64,000 nt of DNA, from contig NW_027362768.1 in the NCBI RefSeq assembly GCF_046119375.1, positions 328,042,001 to 328,106,000 on the forward strand, given 5' to 3'. The position numbers and the translations under genes are program-made. Positions within the stretch are counted from its first letter, which is position 1. Each line of letters opens with the position of its first letter. This DNA comes from Phyllobates terribilis (lineage: Eukaryota). The notes under the pieces are model-generated. The model was given only the letters and a program-made list of their open reading frames with translations, ran no database searches and was not told the origin of the DNA. This document shows positions 23,289 to 35,900 of this stretch, piece after piece.

Positions 23289-25947
23289 CATAGAATCATA
23301 GAATGGTAGAGTTGGAAGGGACCTCCTGGGTCATCTGGTCCAACCCCCTGCTCAAAGCAGGATTCACTAGATCATCTCAGACAGATGTCTGTCCAGCCTC
23401 TGTTTGAAGACGTCCATTGAAGGGGAACTCACCACCTCTCGTGGCAGCCTGTGCCACTCATTAATCACCCTAACTGTCAAAAAGTTTTTTCTAATATCTA
23501 ATCTGTGTCTCCTCCCATTCAGTTTCATCCCATTGCTTCTAGTCTTTCCTTGTGCAAATGAGAATAAAGATGATCCTTCTACAATGTGACAGCCCTTGAC
23601 ATATTTGTAGACAGCTATTAAGTCTCCTCTCAGTCTTCTTTTTTGCAAGCTAAACATTCCCAAATCCTGCAACCGTTCCTCATAGGACATGGTTTGCAGA
23701 CCAGTCACCATTCTGGTCGCTCTTCTCTGAACTTGCTCCAGTTTGTCTATGTCTTTTTTAAAATGTGGTGCCCAAAACTGTACACAGTATTCCAGATGAG
23801 GTCTGACCAAAGAGGAGTAAAGACCGATAATGACTTCACGTGATCTAGACTGTATGCTTCTGTTAATACATCCCAGAATTGTATTTGCCTTTTTTGCTGC
23901 TGCATCACACTGTTGACTCATGTTCAGTCTATGATCTATTAGTATACCTAAGTCTTTTTCACATGTACTGTTGCTTAGCTCTATTCCTCCCATTCTGTAT
24001 ATGCTTTTTTCATTTTTATTGCCCAGATGTAGTACTTTGCATTTTTCCCTGTTAAAAACCATTCTGTTGGTTGCTGCCCACTGCTCCAGTTTATTTAGGT
24101 CTTTTTGAATCCTCTCTCTCTCTTCTCTAGTATTAGCTATCCCTCTTAGCTTTGTATCATCAGCAAATTTAATCAGTTTACCCTCAATTCCTTCATCTAA
24201 ATCATTGATAAAGATGTTGAACAATACAGGTCCCAGGACGGAGCCCTGTGGTACCCCACTTGAGACATTCATCCAGCTGGATGTGAAGCCATTTACAACC
24301 ACCCTTTGAGTCCGATCACTAAGCCAGTTATGAATCCACCTAACAGTTGCCTGGTCCATTGCATACTTGGTCATTTTTTCAATAAGGATGGTGTGAGATA
24401 CTTTGTCAAATGCTTTGCTGAAGTCAAGATATACTATATCTACAGCATTTCCCTGATCCACCCAGTCAGTGATTCTGTCATAGAAGGAAATTAAGTTAGT
24501 CTGACATGACTTGTTAGTTACAAACCCATGCTGACTCTGGTTAATCACTTCATTCTTATCCATGTACTTACATACATGTTGTTTAATAATTTGTTCAAAG
24601 ATCTTTCCTGGTATAGAAGTCAGACTCACCGGCCTATAGTTCCCTGGGTCCACCTTCTTCCCCTTTTTGAAGATAGGAACAACATTTGCTCTTCTCCAGT
24701 CTTCTGGGACTTCTCCTGTTCTCCAAGAATTTTCAAAGATTATGGAGAGTGGTTCTAAAATTTCTTCTACGATCTCCTTCAGTACTCTGGGGTGTAATTC
24801 ATCTGGACCTGGAGACTTGAACTCATTTATGTTAGCTAAATATTCCCTCACAATCTTTCTGTTTACAGATAACTTGGATTCCTCTATTCCTTTAAAAGGA
24901 CAGTGAAGATCAGTTGATGTTACATTTTCTTTCTGAGAGAAAACAGATGCAAAATAGGAATTAAAAAGTTCGGCCTTCTCAACATCCTCTCTTACCATTT
25001 CTCCATTTTCATCCTGTAAAAATCCTATAGCATCTTTGACTTTTCTTTTACTTTTGACATACCCCCAAAATCCTTTTTTATTGCTTTTGACATCTCTTGC
25101 AAGCCTTAATTCATTGTCAGCTTTAGCTAACCTGATACGTGCCCTGCAGGATCTGCAGACTGCATTATAATCTTCTTTAGATATGCCTCCCTCTTTCCAT
25201 TTAATAAACATTTCTTTCTTTCTTTTTAGCATGTGTTTAAGTTCTGTGTTCACCCATCCTGGTTTCCTTAAATGCTTCCCATTCTTCCTACTTTTCGGGA
25301 TTGTTAACGATTGTGCTTTGAGAATCTCATTTTTAAAAATTTCCCATCCTTCCTGGACATTTTTGTCCTTAAGGACATCCAGCCATTGGATCCCTCCTAT
25401 TCTCTTTCTGAGTCTCTTAAAATCTGCCTTTCTAAAATCTAACCTTGAAGTTTGAGTCTTCACATGTCTTCCTCCTCTAGTTATCCAAAATTCTATAATA
25501 GCATGATCGCTGCCTCCTAGGGTCCCAGCCACCTTTACCTCCTCAACCATTTCCTCCCTGTTTATAAGAATTAGATCCAAAGTAGCAGATCCCCTTGTTT
25601 TCTCCCCTACCTTTTGGAAGATAAAGTTGTCAGCAAGAGAGGATAAGAATTTGCTTGACCTGTTAGTTTTACTTGAGAGAGATTCCCAACAAATGTCTGG
25701 ATAGTTGAAATCTCCCATGACCACTACGTCATATTTTTTGGAGAACTTGGTCATTTGATGCATAAAGAGTTCATCCATATCTTCAGCTTGCCCAGGTGGC
25801 CTGTAGTAAATGCCTACAATGGTGTCCTTTCCATTGTTCTCTCCTTGTATTCTTACCCAAACAGTTTCCACAGAACTCCTAGTCTCTGAAGCTTCAATCT
25901 CTGTGCAGATATACGCTTTTCTAACATACAATGCAACACCTCCTCCT
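23289..25947 (-). mobile_element. CR1-clade LINE, 5'-truncated, young
   Basis: 3' end ...ATTCTATGATTCTATG (CR1 octamer tail) at about 23289; breaks off just upstream of GGGVALYV in the endonuclease domain. Confidence 0.95.
23367..25931 (-). CDS. CR1 ORF2: apurinic endonuclease (N-terminally truncated) plus reverse transcriptase
   Basis: 854 uninterrupted codons with GDFNYPDI, SDH, GNYRPVSLT, DFSKAFD, GVPQGSVLGP and FADD motifs. Confidence 0.93.
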   Translation of the reverse strand: MYVRKAYICTEIEASETRSSVETVWVRIQGENNGKDTIVGIYYRPPGQAEDMDELFMHQMTKFSKKYDVVVMGDFNYPDICWESLSSKTNRSSKFLSSLADNFIFQKVGEKTRGSATLDLILINREEMVEEVKVAGTLGGSDHAIIEFWITRGGRHVKTQTSRLDFRKADFKRLRKRIGGIQWLDVLKDKNVQEGWEIFKNEILKAQSLTIPKSRKNGKHLRKPGWVNTELKHMLKRKKEMFIKWKEGGISKEDYNAVCRSCRARIRLAKADNELRLARDVKSNKKGFWGYVKSKRKVKDAIGFLQDENGEMVREDVEKAELFNSYFASVFSQKENVTSTDLHCPFKGIEESKLSVNRKIVREYLANINEFKSPGPDELHPRVLKEIVEEILEPLSIIFENSWRTGEVPEDWRRANVVPIFKKGKKVDPGNYRPVSLTSIPGKIFEQIIKQHVCKYMDKNEVINQSQHGFVTNKSCQTNLISFYDRITDWVDQGNAVDIVYLDFSKAFDKVSHTILIEKMTKYAMDQATVRWIHNWLSDRTQRVVVNGFTSSWMNVSSGVPQGSVLGPVLFNIFINDLDEGIEGKLIKFADDTKLRGIANTREERERIQKDLNKLEQWAATNRMVFNREKCKVLHLGNKNEKSIYRMGGIELSNSTCEKDLGILIDHRLNMSQQCDAAAKKANTILGCINRSIQSRSREVIIGLYSSLVRPHLEYCVQFWAPHFKKDIDKLEQVQRRATRMVTGLQTMSYEERLQDLGMFSLQKRRLRGDLIAVYKYVKGCHIVEGSSLFSFAQGKTRSNGMKLNGRRHRLDIRKNFLTVRVINEWHRLPREVVSSPSMDVFKQRLDRHLSEMI

Positions 25948-26481
25948 CATTACTGATTACATTACTGATCCTGTATTATACTGTATTATACTTCAGAGCT
26001 GCACTCCCTATTCTGCTGGTGCAGTCACTGTGTACATACATTACATTACTGATCCTGAGTTACATCCTGTATTATACTGCAGAGCTGCACTCACTATTCT
26101 GCTGGTGCAGTCACTGTGTACATACATTACATTACTGATCCTGTATTATACCCCAGAGCTGCACTCACTATTCTGCTGGTGCAGTCACTGTGTACATACA
26201 TTACATTACTGATCATGTATTATACTCCAGAGCTGCACTCACTATTCTGCTGGTGCAGTCACTGTATTCATACATTACATTACTGATCCTGTATTATACT
26301 CCAGAGCTGCACTCACTATTCTGCTGGTGCAGTCACTGTGTACATACATTACGTTACTGATCCTGACTTACATCCCGTATTATACTCCAGAGCTGCGCTC
26401 ACTATTCTGCTAATGCAGTCACTGTGTACATACGTTACTGATCCTGAATTACATGCTGTATTATACTCCAGAGCTGCACTC
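25948..26481. repeat. 86-bp minisatellite, right part (with shorter variant units)
   Basis: The same unit resumes directly after the CR1 5' junction. Confidence 0.92.
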
Positions 26482-27110
26482 ATGGTCGGTATATAGTGTA
26501 GTTTTATCTGCTCAGATTTGGCTTCATCTCACAACACTGAACATAACACATACCCGGGTGGCGCCGCCGTCTTCTCATCAATTATGAATGATGTCGCTGA
26601 GCTCATCCACTATAAACATTCACCTGCAGGAAGAAATTCTCACTGTGTGATGTACTGTGCCGTATACAAGCGCCATGTTGATGTCCTAACAGGAGCTCTC
26701 TGATTTGGCCATTTTGTTCAGCAACTTTGGCCAGATCGCTACATGGTGCTGCTACATCGCAGCCTAATGCAAAAAAACAGGGCTGGGGGGAGGTGTCACA
26801 TTGCAATCATGAGAACCAAGTTGCAAAAAAGTCCCCCATTCAAACTTGTTTCCTAATGTTGGTAGATCCTCCTGTGTCCTAGTTGATCCATCAGCAATCT
26901 ACATTTTCCTGCACATCCACATGTGAATAATTGACTGGAGCATCTGGTTGCCCATGCGACCTGCTGCACAATTTGAGGGATTTTAGAAATCTATATTTTC
27001 TCTTTTTCTTGTTCACATGGTTTTTATTTTCCAGTCTGTGGCAGCTGATTCATCCAGTGGGCCTTGTTATAAAGTCGCAACATTTTAGCACAAATGTACA
27101 GCAGTACCCA

Positions 27111-27146
<36 letters not shown>

Positions 27147-27408
27147 TTTTTTTATTTTTTTATGCACAGTGGATTTTTTTTTCCATCAAAGGCATTTTTT
27201 TTGCGGCAAAAAAAAAAGTTAAAGATCAAAATGAAAGCGCATTTTTGATATTGCCTAAAATTCATGAACCACATGTCGAATTTGGCGCAAATAAAGGCTA
27301 CAAGTACCACAAGGCAAGAATGAAAAGTCATTTGTGAAAAATCAGGCCAAGACTACAATGGAAAAATGGCCTCATCTCAAGAATTTCTTCAATTTGAAAA
27401 ATGTTTTC

Positions 27409-27773
27409 TTAAAGGGGTTCTCCACTCAAAAGATCCTCTGTTCAGATATAACTTTTTTTAATCTGGTATAAATGCCGCTGTTCTCCTGAATCCGGCGATG
27501 TTTTTCTTTTGTTCCTGCGCCTCTCTGTTGCTGAGATATGGCCTCTTCTTTCCCACATGTAAATCTAGTATTAGCCAAGTGGGGGTGATGAATTGATGAC
27601 CACGCCCACTTGATTAAAAAGACAAAATTGATATAGAATGAAGAAAGGGCCATATCTCAGGAACGCAGGGGCGCAGGAACAAAAGAAAAACCTTGCCGGA
27701 TTCAGGAGAACAGCGCCATTTACACAAGATAGCAAAAATACATATTTATGACAAATGATAGGTTCCTCTTTAA
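27409..27773. mobile_element. Kolobok/T2-type MITE
   Basis: TTAAAGGGGTTC...GGTTCCTCTTTAA with internal inverted arms; related partial copy at about 39180-39320. Confidence 0.65.
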
Positions 27774-29163
27774 CTCAGTGATACGAAGAGACCGCACCTA
27801 TGGGGTTTTCAGAGCGTGAAATGGATGACTGCTGAGCTAGAAGGGTTGTGCTCCTGCCGGCAGAGATGTCCGTGGTCTGTACCTCTCGCTCCATCACATC
27901 CGTCTTTTATTCCAGGTTTCGATCCCTCTGTGATATCTGAATCGACACGTTCTTTCGGACGAGGACTGATGCGCTGGACGTTGTGAGAAAACCCTACAAA
28001 TAATCACTGAGGTCCGTGATCCTTTCTTTATGTTTTTATTATCTTTTGCTTGTTTTACTTTCTTCTTTTATCTTTTGTGTTTCTGGTGTTTTATGTCTCC
28101 AATGACTCTCCAGATATTGCAAACTGAGTTGTTGCCAACGATGGAGCGCCAGAGCCATTCCTCCTCCATACTTTACACTGCAGGTCTGCTTGTTCAGACT
28201 CGCTGCTGCATAACAGCACAGAAAATCAAGTGAATGGAAAACTGATTTCTATTACTCCAGTGACTACAAGTATAAACGAACATTGAAATACAATTGCTAG
28301 ACGTATTGTGGGGTATACGTTCCTCCTTAAAGGATATGGACACTTTTGGAATTTTTTTTTTTTACTATAATGCATGTATTTTTGGCTAAAAATCATGTTT
28401 GCAATTGGGTTTCATTACAAATTTTGCACTGTTGCTCCATAGCCTCTGTGTTACAGAATGAGTTAATGGAGAATCTTTCAGTGAGCTCATGCTGACGGGC
28501 GTGGATCTCGGTCCAAGCATGAACCGCCAGGCCCGGACTGGTCACGAGTCTACCGACTCGAGCGAGACAGCCTCATAGAAATATATGAAGCTGTCTTGCT
28601 CGGGTTAGGAGACCCACGGCCAGGAAGTGCATTGCCGTATGTGCCCGGACTTAGATCCGCAGACTTAGAATGAGCTCACTGAAGGATCCTCCATTAACTC
28701 ATTCAGCAGCCAGCAATAGACTGTGTTGAATGGAAGATTGCCTGAGCCCTTACAGAGAGTTTATAACTCTTATCTTCCATCTTCTGAGCTCCTTTCTGCT
28801 GATTGATGTCTACAGGAAGGTTGAGCTGGACTATTGTGGTTATGAATCAGCTGAGAGAAGCCCAGAAGAAGGAAGATAAGAGTTATAAACTCTCTTATAA
28901 GAACAAGCTCACTGAAGGATTCTTAGTTAACTCATTCTGCAATCAGCAGTAGACATTGCAAAAAAAAATGTTTTTTTTTTCTTGACAAAAATACAACCAT
29001 CTCCTCCTGTGTCAAAGGTGTCTACAGCTTTTAAGACTGTAATGAGTCTAATCTAATGTAGAAATCCTTTTGATGTGTTTTGAAGGCGCAGGACCCGGAT
29101 CGGTGTATGCATTCCTCAGCATTCAAGCGTCGGGTTCATTCCAATCATCAGTCATTTGATCAA

Positions 29164-29190
29164 ATGGATAATGGAGACTGGGGGTACATG
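29164..29190 (+). CDS. KCTD6: KCTD6 first coding exon part (MDNGDWGYM)
   Basis: Matches the conserved KCTD6 N-terminus; acceptor at 29118-29119, donor GTGCGG at 29191. Confidence 0.92.
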
Positions 29191-29527
29191 GTGCGGAACG
29201 AAGTAAGTGAAGACTTTTCTCGATCTTCTTGGCAGGTTTCTGGGCAGGCGACGCACATTAGAGGAAAGTCAGACAAATGGGTTGAGTTTGATCATATAAT
29301 GTGCATGATGGTGTCCCGATTCTTCCCCAATGGCAAATCCCAGGGGGTTAAAAAAAAAAAAAAAAGATTGGGCATGTTGGTTTTTGATATGCCCAATTCT
29401 TTTTTTTATTTTATTTTTTCACGGGATATAAGTCTCCTCCAGACACTTTTTTTTATTCTTCTCACTGAGAGCACCAGGTTGACCATCCATGTTTATAAAG
29501 AGGGGGTCATGATGTCTTATACTGTCA

Positions 29528-30086
29528 CTAAAGGGTTTCCCAGGTTTCTGATATTACTGGTCTGTGCTTAGGAGGGGTCATCCATATTCGTGGGGGTTTG
29601 GCACTTGGCAGCCGCAAATGTTTGCAGCTTCCACAGCTCTGTACCTTGTGTAATGGTAATATTCGGGTACCGTAGCTCAGCTCGCATTCACTTCAATAGG
29701 AGCTGAGCTACAGTACCAGAAAAGGGTCCCTGCACTGTGTATGGAGCTGTGGGGTCCCGGCTCCATACAGTGGGTTCATCTGATGGCGCCGAGTGTCGGA
29801 TCCCTACTGATCTGATCAGTAAAGTTTGTGCAAGGTCCATCGGAGACATCAGTATTTTGAGGTCACTGGATGGGACCCCTGAGATCAGCCTCCTTCCTCC
29901 CGGCATCTGTGGCTCTTCTCTTGATTAGCCGTCCTGGCACAACATCACGCCGCAATGGTGACGTCGCGCCAGGCTGGCTAGTCAATAGAAGAGCCGCGGA
30001 TGCCAGGAGATAGGAGGCGATTCTCACCGTTGGATCTTGTCCCGCGAATCGATTTGCACCAACTCCAGTCTTGGAAACCCCTTTAA
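29528..30086. mobile_element. Kolobok/T2-type MITE in the KCTD6 coding intron
   Basis: CTAAAGGGTTTCCCA...TTGGAAACCCCTTTAA termini. Confidence 0.6.
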
Positions 30087-30135
30087 TAAGTTTTTATCGC
30101 TGTGTCCCTTTAAATAACGTCAGTTTTTCTCTTAG

Positions 30136-30822
30136 ATGACGGATCCTGTGACGCTGAATGTCGGGGGCCACGTGTACACCACCTCGCTCTCCACCCTGAC
30201 CCGTTATCCGGATTCCATGTTGGGCGCGATGTTCCGCGGCGACTTCCCCACTGCCAGAGACTCCCAGGGCAACTACTTTATCGACCGCGACGGATCTCTT
30301 TTCCGGTACATCCTGAATTTCCTCCGGACGTCGGAGCTCACTCTGCCCGTAGACTTCAAAGAGTTCGATCTGCTGCGGAAAGAAGCCGATTTCTTCCAGG
30401 TCGAACCCTTAATACAATGCCTCAACGACCCCAAACCTTTGTATCCCACGGACACTTTCGAAGAAGTGGTGGAACTGTCGAGCACGAGGAAACTATCCAA
30501 GTATTCTAACCCGGTGGCCGTGATCATCACCCAGCTGACGATCACCACCAAGGTGCACGCCTTACTGGAGGGCATCGCCAACCATTTCACTAAGTGGAAC
30601 AAGCACATGATGGACACTCGGGATTGCCAAGTCTCTTTTACTTTCGGGCCGTGCGACTACCACCAGGAGGTCTCCCTTAGGGTCCACCTGATGGAGTATA
30701 TCACAAAGCAAGGCTTCACGATCCGGAACACCCGGGTGCATCACATGAGCGAGCGGGCCAATGAGAACACCGTGGAGCACAACTGGACTTTTTGCAGACT
30801 AGCGAGGAAGACGGATGACTGA
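30136..30822 (+). CDS. KCTD6: KCTD6 main coding exon (BTB/T1 domain, Cullin3 adaptor)
   Basis: TTAG acceptor then MTDPVTLNVGG...FIDRDG...NWTFCRLARKTDD*; 9 + 228 = 237 aa. Confidence 0.97.
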   Translation: MTDPVTLNVGGHVYTTSLSTLTRYPDSMLGAMFRGDFPTARDSQGNYFIDRDGSLFRYILNFLRTSELTLPVDFKEFDLLRKEADFFQVEPLIQCLNDPKPLYPTDTFEEVVELSSTRKLSKYSNPVAVIITQLTITTKVHALLEGIANHFTKWNKHMMDTRDCQVSFTFGPCDYHQEVSLRVHLMEYITKQGFTIRNTRVHHMSERANENTVEHNWTFCRLARKTDD

Positions 30823-32970
30823 TGCGGGCGTCCCGATGACCCGCACATCCTTATTTATTAACTGGATCACCCCGCTAACGAGACTCCTCCATCGTCCCCT
30901 TCCCCAGCACGTATGCATGTGCCTAGACATGGAGCAACGTCCCTGCTCCCACCCCGAAATGCACATTACCCTCCGCCATCCCCCCAGTATTGATATATGG
31001 ACACTCGCGTACAAGAGGCCGACAATTAGTGCTGGAACTTCAGGGAGAATCTGAAGTTTCGTCCTTTATGATCAAATTTTCGTGGAAGGTCAAAAATTTG
31101 ACCTTGAGAACAAATCGCGGGAGAGACTTTGAGGAGAAGACACTGGCGGTGTATCTTGTAAGACATGGCTAGAAATCTTCTAATGTGACATTCGCATCAT
31201 CCGCCAATCACGTCCGACACGATCCTAATCGTTGGCCTGTGCCGCCATATTGGTTTCATCAGTTATTTTGGAATTACGCCCAGGCAGATAAAGGCGCCAA
31301 GGAATTCCCTGATGGGTTTGCACAAGTTGGCCATAGGCGGGCGGATAATTTTGCCCATCCAACCAATAATTTTGGGGCAATCACGGCCACCAACGTCTTT
31401 GGTTGGTTGGGACCAATTGTAATGTATTAGAACATTCCAATGTTGGAAAGTTTATGGTTAGTGGTAAAACTTTGCATCTGCAGCCGCCATTAATGAAATT
31501 GGTTCTCTTCCCAGTTCAGATCCATCAGGTGATGGACATCGGTGACACCTAATGGACCCCACTGACTTATAATAAGGTTTGTTGGGGTCCGATGAGGTTT
31601 TAGAAGTTCCTCCAACGCAGAGGTGAACAAAGGCCATAGCATGGAGTCAAAATGGATCAAGAATGGGATTGTATCCTGTAAGGACAGAGCAGGATCCTTC
31701 CCAAAGCTGTAAGACAGATTTCTCTGGGTTGTCCAGGACCAAATGCAGTCTTGGCTTTTTGCTTATGGTCTTATAAATGTGCTAAGTCTGACCTAAGACC
31801 TTCATCCCCTCCCCGTCTGTTCATGTGATGAGATATTCGGGTTACGTGGATCAATAGGGAAAACATCGGGATAGAGAAATGGAAACGTAATGGCAGGTGA
31901 GGCGTCGCTTGTGCTGAGATACTTTAAATCATAAATGTATAAAAATTGCAAAGTTCTTATAAAAGTAAGTAACTTTGCTCTTTTACTTGTTCTTAAAAAT
32001 CCTCTCTCTTCTCAGGAAAGGAAGGATTTTTAATTTTATAGTTTACCGGCCACCGCTGCAGTCTATCAGAAGTGGCGATTTCCTAGCCACCTGACACTTA
32101 CAAGCTCGGTAGCAAAGAGGCTGGATGGCATCGGAAACTGCAAGTGCAGCGCTCGCCTGTATCTGTCAGTGCCATAGTGGATCGGTAGGGCGCACGTTCC
32201 GCCGCTGCTCCATTCAGACTCCACCAGAAACCGCGTGGTACCCCTTTTATCCGGCAGTGGATCTCCGTTATTTCAGCACTTAGTACATGAAATAGGGGTT
32301 GAGATGTGGAACAAAATTGTTACGTTCACCGCCCCGGCGGTGATCACCAATACTCATCCTGAAAGTCGGGAAGGTTTTCTGTCCGGTGCTGTCCGCACAT
32401 ATGTCAGTATTAGTGTACAGGTCTCGTAGCCGAATCTATGCAAGTGACCAAACCCCACTTTATTCTCCTATTAGACCTCTTTGTTTTCCTAGATAGACTG
32501 CTGACAAATGGTGGCATAATTTGTAAATCTGGTTAATTATGAAATAGTAATGTATTGCCTGCCTAAGATATTCTAATAAAAGAGACGCCTGTTCAAGGTC
32601 ATAGTCTGGATCGTCTGCTTAATAGATGCCGATTCTGGCGGGACCGTAGGCTCGGCGCGGACCCCCCTGGTAGTTGGCGCTGGCTCCAGAAACAGTAAAT
32701 GAACCATCCAGGTGTCACAGGTCTGTTGAATCTAGTGATTGTCTGCAGTGCTGGGGTGACTGGAACAGCACGTCTGGTGATATGCTGTTTCACTCATTTG
32801 ACCACTGCAGCCAATCAGGTTTCTGCAGCCCAGTGACATCCGAATGGTTCAGTCATTGCTTCTGGAGCCAGCGCCATCTACCAGAAAAGCGTGTACTAGA
32901 TCCGCGGACAGGGGGATGAGGATGCCTCCGCTTGTCATCTCATAACAGTCCACAATTTATTAGACTTACT

Positions 32971-35900
32971 TTAACCCCTTTACTCCCGAGGGTGGTTTGC
33001 ATGTTTAATGACCAGGCCAATTTTTACAATTCTGACCACTGTCACTTTATGAGATAATTACTCTGGAACGCTTCAACGGATCTCACTGATTCTGAGACAG
33101 TTTTTTCGTGACATATTGTACTTCATGATTGTGGTAAAATTTCTTCGATATGACTTACGTTTATTTGTGGAAAAAAACGGAAATTTGGTGAAAATTTAGC
33201 AATTTTCAAAATTTGAATTTTTATGCCCTTAAATCAGAGAGATATGTCACACAAAATACTTAATAAATAACATTTCCCACATGTCTACTTTACATCAGCA
33301 CAATTTTGGAACCCCAATTTTTTTTTATTAGGGAGCTATAAGGGTTAAAAGTTGACCAACAATTTCTCATTTTTCCAACAAAATTTACAAAACCATTTTT
33401 TTAGGAACCACATCACATTTGAAGTCACTTTGAGGTGTCTATATGACAGAAAATACCCAAAAGTGACACTATTCTAAAAACTGCACCCCTCAAGGTGCTA
33501 AAAACCACATTCAAGAACTTTATTAACCCTTCAGGTGCTTCACAGGAATTTTTGGAATGTGGAAGAAAAAAATGAACGTTTAACTTTTTTCACAAAAATG
33601 TTACTTTAGACCCAATTTTTTTTTTTTCACGGGGGTAACAGGAAAAAATGGACACCAAAATTTGTTGTGCAATTTCCCCTGGGCACGCAGATACCCCATA
33701 TGTGGGGGAAAACCACTGTTTGGGCGCACGGCAGGGCTCGGAAAGGAAGGAGCGCCATTTGACTTTTTGATTGTAAAATTTGCTTGAATAATTAGCGGAC
33801 GCTATATTGCATTTGGAGAGCTCCTGATGTGCCTAAACAGTGGAAACCACCCACAAGTGACACCATTTTGGAAACTAGACCCCTCAGCGAACTTATCTAG
33901 ATGTGTAGTGAACACCTTGAACCCCCAGGTGCTTCACAGAAGTTTATAACATTGAGCCGTAAAAATAAAATTTTTACATTTTTCCCACAAAAATGTTTTT
34001 CAGCCCCCAATTTTTCATTTTCATAAGGGTAACAGGAGAAATTGCACCATGCAATTTGTTGTGCAATTTCTCCTGAGCACGCTGATACCCCATATGTGTG
34101 GGAAAACCACTGCTTGGGCGCACGGCAGGGTTCGGAAGGGAAGGAGCACTGTGTGACTTTTGAATGTAAAATTTGCTTGAATAATTAGCAAACACCATGT
34201 CACGTTTGGAGAGCCCCTGATGTACCTAAACAGTGGAAACCCCCCACAAGTGACACCATTTTGGAAACTAGACCCCTCAGGGAACTTATCTAGATGTGTG
34301 GTGAACACCCTGAACCCCAAAGTCCTTTACAGAAGTTTATAACATGGAGCCGTGAAAATAAAAAAATCAATCTTTTTCCATAAAAATGATGTTTTAGCCC
34401 CAATTTTTTTATTTTCACAAGGGTAAGAGGAGAAAATGGACCCCAAAAACTTTTGTGCAATTTCTCCGGAGTACGCCAATACCCCATATGTGAGGAAAAT
34501 ACAGTGTTTGGGCGCACGGCAGAGTTCAGAAGGGAAGGAGCACTGTGTGACTTTTTGAACGCAAAATTGGCTGGAATCGAGAGCGGACGCCATGTCGTGT
34601 TTGGAGAGCCCCTGATGCGCCTTAACAGTGGAAACCCCCCACAAGTGACCCCATTTTGGAAACTACACCCCTCAAGGATTTTATCAAGGGGTATAGTGGA
34701 CATTTTGAACCCAGAGGTACGACACAGAATTTGATGACAACTTATTCAATATGATGACCTAATGTTATTAGTCTTGAGCGCAAGTGCTCGCTACTTGAGT
34801 TTGCATCGGGTACTCCGGTATGCACCATGTATCATGTGTGCTCGAGTGACATGCTCGAGTCCCCGCCCGCATGTTTCACGGTTATTAGACACCCAAAAAA
34901 AAACATGCGGGGATGGCTCGTGCATGGCAGGCAATCCCCGCGAGGTTTTTTTGGCCGCGAAGCATATGGGGCGGAGACTCGAGTACCCGCGATACTCCGT
35001 GCATACCCGAGCACCCGATGCAAACTCAAGTAGCGAGCACTTGCGTTCAACACTAGTCGCCATATCGTAATATTTTATTTATTTATTTATTTTTTTTTAT
35101 ACTTTTGAAAAAAATCCTAACCCCCAACCCTAACACAACCCTAACCCGAGAGTTTATATTTTACGCCGTTCCTAGTGTGGTATAAGTAATTAGACGACTT
35201 TATTCTTCGAGTGCGACTACAGAGATACCAGAATCATATGGGGTTTTTAAGATTGACAGCTGTTACACACTAAATTTTTAGATTATGTACTTTGACTCCG
35301 AATGGTCTCAACGAACAACAAAATTATTGTTGTTTCATCTAATTAATAGGGACATCTATGATCAGCCAGCATGGTTATTTAATAATTTTCTGCAACGATC
35401 ATATATAGGTTTTCTGTTTTATCATTATCTCTGTCAGAAGTATGGTTGACACTCAAGTGGTCTATGTGTACTCCCCTTAACCCCCTCCTCTCCCTCCGCC
35501 TATTCCTTACCTTGTGTTATTGTATCGGTACGTGATATATAAATATAATGACATAATAAGCATCCCATCTTTTAGGGTTGAATCCTATCTATATGTGCAG
35601 GCTGTTTTTTTTTAAAGTATTATCTACACGCATCTTTGACTCTAACATTCATTCACTATGTGGTTAATCTTTAACTGTGGACTGTGACCCCTGTGGTATA
35701 TATTCATACAGCGGGCCTCAGTGATTGCCATAAGTATGGGCACATACCCTGGTATTGATAGGTGGCTGCTGCGCAGAGCTCTCACTCTGGTTGTGAACTC
35801 AGCGCACGCGTTGTAGCTAGCGTTCAGACGTGATAACCGTCCATTCAATGGACTTGGTCAGCTGGTTTCGTGATGAACGCAGGACACCTGATATCTATCT

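Noticed and set aside
29080-29571. 163-aa ORF containing MDNGDWGYM
   Set aside because: Only the 9 codons at 29164-29190 match KCTD6; the rest is UTR or intron read-through
30273-30780. Antisense ORFs over KCTD6
   Set aside because: Shadow frames of a GC-rich coding exon with no independent signals
32599-32793. Minus-strand ORF ending in SRL, a possible ACOX2 last exon
   Set aside because: No in-phase acceptor, no similarity to ACOX C-termini; the real SKL exon is at 38492-38554
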